A program made the translations under genes and the position numbers. DNA of 64,000 nucleotides from an uncultured Pelagibacteraceae bacterium (GTDB lineage: Bacteria > Pseudomonadota > Alphaproteobacteria > Pelagibacterales > Pelagibacteraceae). Below, in pieces: positions 59,851 through 64,000 of the stretch. Location: assembly GCA_902594395.1 (NCBI GenBank), contig CACJLZ010000001.1:41551-105550 (forward strand), in the 5' to 3' direction. Each line of letters begins with the position of its first letter. The stretch's first letter is position 1. The notes under the pieces are model-generated. The model did not search any database. It was not told where the DNA came from and saw nothing but the letters and a program-made list of their open reading frames with translations.

Positions 59851-60968
59851 AATCTTACTTTAGAAATTAAAAAGTTATAAATAAAAATATAAATTATCAT
59901 TGGCAGCAACATTATAGAAATTAATTGTAATTTTGACTCATCAGCATATCTCATAAATACCTCAGATAATATCAAGATTAAAAAAACATATAAAAAAACT
60001 TTTATAGAATTTATTGTAAAATTTTTTTGTACTTTTGAAAAGGTTAATAAGAAACAACTTATTAGTGCAAGCAAAGGTATATAAAATGGTTTTATAAATC
60101 TTTTATAAAGTTCTTGATTAAGATTTTTTAATCTTTCTTTTTCACATCTAAACATTTCATCAATATATATTTTTTCATAAAATAAACTCAGTGAACATTT
60201 TATAATCTTTGACGAAGGTAACTCTTGTATTTTAGCAACCTTAATAGTTTTTGATGTAAATTTTGATAAATTATAATCTATTTTATCAAACTCAAAACTA
60301 ATTAACTTATTATTATTTGTACTAATAATTTTTCCATTTATAAGTCTAAATATTTTTTTATTCTCGTTAAGGAGCAATCCTTCTTTTGCAAAAATAATTT
60401 GATTATTGTTCTGATTGAGATTGAACAAGTCTCCCTCTTGAATAAAAATATTTCTAAATGAATTATTAGTAACTTTTTCATTTATAAAAATAGTTAATCC
60501 AGAAACTGTATCTATAAACTTTCCTTGTTTTATTAAATTTGGTAAAAAATCCATATTAGAATCTTTTAATACTGATCTTGCCTTTAATTGACTTGCTGGG
60601 GAAATAATACTTCCAATTAATATTTGAATTAACATTACAACAATGGCAAAATTAACAAGATTAATAATAAATTTTCTTTTTGTTACACCATTAGTCCAGA
60701 ATAAAAGTAATTCATTATTTTTTTCATATTTTAATAATTCAAAAAAAATAGATATAGCAAATACAAAAGGTAATATTCTGTGAATTATCTTTGGAAAGTT
60801 AAATAGGTTGTAATAAAAATAAATTAAAAAATTGTGACCGTCATCTATGACAAAATCTAAATAATTTACAGCTTGAATAATCCAAACAATTAAACCAATT
60901 GTTAATATAATAATCAAGGATCTTAGGGTTATATCTGCGATGAGTTTTCTAAAAAGTATTTTTTCCAT
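59844..60968 (-). CDS. lptF: LPS export permease LptF
   Basis: YjgP/YjgQ architecture, NNEL...GV, IKQGKF; divergent from pepA. Confidence 0.87.
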   Translation of the reverse strand: MEKILFRKLIADITLRSLIIILTIGLIVWIIQAVNYLDFVIDDGHNFLIYFYYNLFNFPKIIHRILPFVFAISIFFELLKYEKNNELLLFWTNGVTKRKFIINLVNFAIVVMLIQILIGSIISPASQLKARSVLKDSNMDFLPNLIKQGKFIDTVSGLTIFINEKVTNNSFRNIFIQEGDLFNLNQNNNQIIFAKEGLLLNENKKIFRLINGKIISTNNNKLISFEFDKIDYNLSKFTSKTIKVAKIQELPSSKIIKCSLSLFYEKIYIDEMFRCEKERLKNLNQELYKRFIKPFYIPLLALISCFLLTFSKVQKNFTINSIKVFLYVFLILILSEVFMRYADESKLQLISIMLLPMIIYIFIYNFLISKVRLW

Positions 60969-61027
60969 TGAAATATAATTGTTTTACTCATATATAGCAT
61001 TATCTCGTATAGATTGTATTAAATTTT

Positions 61028-62482
61028 ATGAATATTAAAATTAATTTTAAAAACCGAGTTTCTGATAAATCTACTGGAAATCTCATATTGTTTGTTGACG
61101 AAAAGCTAAACGTCACAGGTTTGAAAAAAGTTTTATCGGATAATGAATATTCTTATGTTAGTGATTTAATAAAATTAGAAGATCAAAAAAAAAAGATTTT
61201 AACTTTTGATATAAGCTCAAAAAAAAAAATAATCCTAATATCTTTTAAAGGTAATTTCAATAGTTCTGATGCTGAAAATTTAGGAGCTAAGTGTTATGAA
61301 GTATTTAGCAAATTAAAAAAAAATCAATATATTGTAAATACGAATACATTATCAAACCAATCAATAAAACTAATTGGATATTTTTTACACGGGATCAAAC
61401 TAAAATCTTACAAATTTGAAAAGTATAAAACAAAAAAAAATAAAAAAGACATTTTCTTAAATGTGATTGGTAAAAATGTTCCTAATCAAAAAGATCAAAT
61501 TAAATTTAAGGCACTTGAGGATGGAACTTTTTATACAAGAGATCTAGTGTCTGAACCTGGAAATATACTACATCCTGATGAATATGCTAAAAGAATAAAA
61601 TCTCTAAGTAAGATAGGTCTGAAAGTTAATATTTATGATGATAAGAAATTGAAAAAACTTGGTATGAACACTTTACTGGGTGTTGGCCAAGGAAGCATTA
61701 GGGGATCATACTTAGTAACAATGGAATGGAATGGAACAAAAAATAAATCCAAACCTCTTGCTTTTGTTGGTAAAGGAGTTTGTTTTGATACAGGAGGTAT
61801 TTCTTTAAAACCTGCTAAATTTATGGAGGACATGACATATGACATGGCTGGTTCTGCAGTTGTAGTAGGGTTGATGAAAAATTTAGCTTTAAGAAAAGCT
61901 AAAGTTAATGCTGTAGGTGTGGTTGGTCTTGTAGAAAACATGCCTGGTGGTAATGCACAAAGACCAGGTGATATTGTAAAGTCTTATAGTGGCAAGACAG
62001 TGGAAATTTTAAATACTGATGCAGAGGGCAGATTAGTTCTTGCTGATGCACTTACTTATACTGAAAAAAAATTTAAACCAAGATTTATAGTGGATTTAGC
62101 AACTTTGACAGGAGCCATCATTGTTTCTCTAGGTTCTGAGTATGCTGGCCTATTTTCTAATGATGATAAGTTGTCTAAGCAATTGATAAATGCTGGTGAA
62201 ATTGTTGAGGAAAAAGTTTGGCGTATGCCGTTAAATAAGAATTATGATAAATTGATAGACTCAAAAAATGCAGATATGCAAAATATAAATTATGTTGGAG
62301 GAGCTGGATCCACAACTGCTGCACAATTTTTACAGAGATTTATTTTGAATAATACACCTTGGGCTCATCTAGATATTGCTGGAATGGCATTTTCTAAATA
62401 TGGTGGAGCCTTAAATTCAGGTGGTGCAACAGGTTATGGTGTAAGATTATTAAACAAATTAATTGAGGATAATTATGAGTAA
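61028..62482 (+). CDS. pepA: Leucyl aminopeptidase (M17)
   Basis: [38 protein letters not shown]. Confidence 0.97.
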   Translation: MNIKINFKNRVSDKSTGNLILFVDEKLNVTGLKKVLSDNEYSYVSDLIKLEDQKKKILTFDISSKKKIILISFKGNFNSSDAENLGAKCYEVFSKLKKNQYIVNTNTLSNQSIKLIGYFLHGIKLKSYKFEKYKTKKNKKDIFLNVIGKNVPNQKDQIKFKALEDGTFYTRDLVSEPGNILHPDEYAKRIKSLSKIGLKVNIYDDKKLKKLGMNTLLGVGQGSIRGSYLVTMEWNGTKNKSKPLAFVGKGVCFDTGGISLKPAKFMEDMTYDMAGSAVVVGLMKNLALRKAKVNAVGVVGLVENMPGGNAQRPGDIVKSYSGKTVEILNTDAEGRLVLADALTYTEKKFKPRFIVDLATLTGAIIVSLGSEYAGLFSNDDKLSKQLINAGEIVEEKVWRMPLNKNYDKLIDSKNADMQNINYVGGAGSTTAAQFLQRFILNNTPWAHLDIAGMAFSKYGGALNSGGATGYGVRLLNKLIEDNYE

Positions 62483-62885
62483 CATAGAGCAAACTTTGTC
62501 AATTATTAAACCAGATGCGGTAGAAAGAAACCTTGAGAATGAAATAAAAGAAATGTTTAAAAAAGAGGGTTTTTCGATCTTAAAAGAGAAAAAAATTCAA
62601 ATTGAAAAATCCGAGGCAGAAAAATTTTATAAAGTTCATGAAACAAAGTCATTTTATAACGATTTGTGTAATTATCTTTCTTCAGGACCAATTGTTGCTA
62701 TGGTTCTCGAAAAAGAGAATGCAGTTTTGGGAAATAGAGAACTTATGGGGGCAACAAATCCAAAAGATGCAAAAGATGGCACTATCAGAAAAAAATATGG
62801 AATTTCAATTGATAAGAACTCTATTCATGGATCTGATAGTATTGAAAATGCTAAAATAGAAATTAATTTTTTTTTTAAAGATTAA
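62475..62885 (+). CDS. ndk: Nucleoside diphosphate kinase
   Basis: [30 protein letters not shown]; ATG at 62475. Confidence 0.97.
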   Translation: MSNIEQTLSIIKPDAVERNLENEIKEMFKKEGFSILKEKKIQIEKSEAEKFYKVHETKSFYNDLCNYLSSGPIVAMVLEKENAVLGNRELMGATNPKDAKDGTIRKKYGISIDKNSIHGSDSIENAKIEINFFFKD

Positions 62886-63456
62886 ATATTTTTGATATTG
62901 CTTTAGGGTAAAGTTTATGCTCTTGAATTAAAATTTTTCTAGTAAGAGTTTTTTCTGTCTCATTTTTTGAAATTTTTACTCTTTTTTGTAGAATTATTTT
63001 ACCAGAGTCTAATCTTGAATTTACATAATGGACAGTACAACCAGAGTATTTTTCCTTATTCATTAAAGCTCTTTTATGAGTATTTAATCCCTTATATTTA
63101 GGCAGTAATGAGGGATGAATATTGATAATTATACCGCTAAATTTTCTTATAAAATATTTTGATAAAATTTTCATAAATCCAGCAAGACAAATCATTTCAA
63201 TTTTATTATTTCTTAAAATGGAAATTAATTTATTATCAAAAATTTTAGTGTTTCTAAAGTTTATTACTTTTTTTTTTATTCTAAATATTTTACCGTAATT
63301 AAGACCTTTAGCTTTTGAATTGTTTGATATAATCAACCTAATTGATATAGGTGATTTACTGGACTTAGAAAACTTTATTAAAGATTTTAAATTACTTCCG
63401 TTGCCAGATATAAATACGGCTGTTTTAACTTTATTGATTCCAGTCAATATAGCCAT
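62875..63456 (-). CDS. purN: Phosphoribosylglycinamide formyltransferase
   Basis: ISGNGSNL, LAGFMKIL, NIHPSLLP, GCTVH, DSG.II.Q, EHKLY. Confidence 0.96.
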   Translation of the reverse strand: MAILTGINKVKTAVFISGNGSNLKSLIKFSKSSKSPISIRLIISNNSKAKGLNYGKIFRIKKKVINFRNTKIFDNKLISILRNNKIEMICLAGFMKILSKYFIRKFSGIIINIHPSLLPKYKGLNTHKRALMNKEKYSGCTVHYVNSRLDSGKIILQKRVKISKNETEKTLTRKILIQEHKLYPKAISKIFNL

Positions 63457-64000
63457 TGAGATTTACCTTTTCCTTACCTGTGCAAATTTTTCCGATAACA
63501 TAAGGTTTATATTCTTTTGAAAAATATTTATTTATTTTTTTAATATTTTTCGGATTTATAATTAAACAAAAACCCACTCCACAATTGAAAGTTTTAAGCA
63601 TTTCTTTATCGCTAATATTGTTCTGTTTAAGCCATTTAAAAATTTTGAGAAGTCTAATTTTATTCAAATTTATTTCAGCACTAAGTTTATCAGGTATAAT
63701 TCTTTTTAAATTGTCTACTATTCCACCACCTGTAATATTAGCACAACCGTTTAATAAATCTTTATTTGTAAGTTTCAAAATTTCTTTAACATAGATTTTG
63801 GTAGGTTTTATCAACTCTTGTTTTAAGAATAAATTTTTTCTTAGATTTATTTTTTTTATTTTAAGCAAGTGTCTTACTAAAGAAAAACCATTGGAGTGTA
63901 ATCCATTAGATGGAATCGCTAAGATTAAATCATTTTTTTTTATTTTTTTTTTATTTAATAATTTTTTTTCATTAACAACTCCAACAGCAAAACCAGCAAT
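63431..64000 (-). CDS. purM: Phosphoribosylformylglycinamidine cyclo-ligase, 5' part outside window
   Basis: Frame open from window end (IAGFAVG...SNGLHSNGFSLVR), PTKIY, ITGGG, TFNCGVG. Confidence 0.95.
   Translation of the reverse strand: MAGFAVGVVNEKKLLNKKKIKKNDLILAIPSNGLHSNGFSLVRHLLKIKKINLRKNLFLKQELIKPTKIYVKEILKLTNKDLLNGCANITGGGIVDNLKRIIPDKLSAEINLNKIRLLKIFKWLKQNNISDKEMLKTFNCGVGFCLIINPKNIKKINKYFSKEYKPYVIGKICTGKEKVNLNGYIDWNQ

Noticed and set aside
10292-62482. Clustered gamma-glutamyl cycle (pxpABC, gshAB, pepA)
   Set aside because: Genes spread over 50 kb in unrelated operons, and no GGT or cyclotransferase in the window; co-occurrence is unremarkable in a small genome
1004-63794. Numerous 60-108 aa ORFs overlapping or antisense to confident genes (e.g. 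2132, 2996, 3682, 7951, 14782, 32462, 40590, 41354, 50035, 52084, 61633)
   Set aside because: Largely or wholly inside well-supported genes, with no motifs or RBS; expected shadows
1-64000. Mobile elements, prophage, CRISPR arrays, defence systems, phase-variable frameshifts
   Set aside because: No integrase, transposase or phage genes and no spaced repeats seen; long A/T runs occur but all genes stay in frame

Overview
Very AT-rich, extremely compact bacterial chromosome segment (many 0-15 bp gaps and overlapping genes). Gene content and order point to a streamlined marine alphaproteobacterium of the SAR11 / Ca. Pelagibacter type (inference). Left part: HDAC-family enzyme, msrB, an outer-membrane beta-barrel, a ProC-like gene plus a LIV/HAAT ABC transporter near 5-oxoprolinase pxpABC, and a tandem glycine riboswitch with gcvTHP. 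These run straight into a FAD oxidoreductase-DUF1365-cfa-DUF3833 lipid-modification cluster resembling the furan fatty acid pathway. Middle: redox/light-stress genes (grxC, TIGR03643, tspO, FOXRED1-like, selO, msrA), NAD-formate dehydrogenase divergent from a second HAAT ABC transporter, HPP, SufU-like, EamA plus amidinotransferase, a charged coiled-coil protein and cmk. Right part: core genes (gshAB, purF, cvpA, MMPL, dnaB, rplI-rpsR-rpsF, fabDG-acpP-gmk, rsmA-pdxA-surA-lptDGF, pepA, ndk, purN, purM). I saw no rRNA, tRNA, CRISPR array, integrase or IS. The best unexplained signals are unannotated single-TM microproteins directly after livM in both ABC operons, a structured intergenic RNA candidate with two anti-RBS modules, and a visible translational expression platform in the glycine riboswitch.
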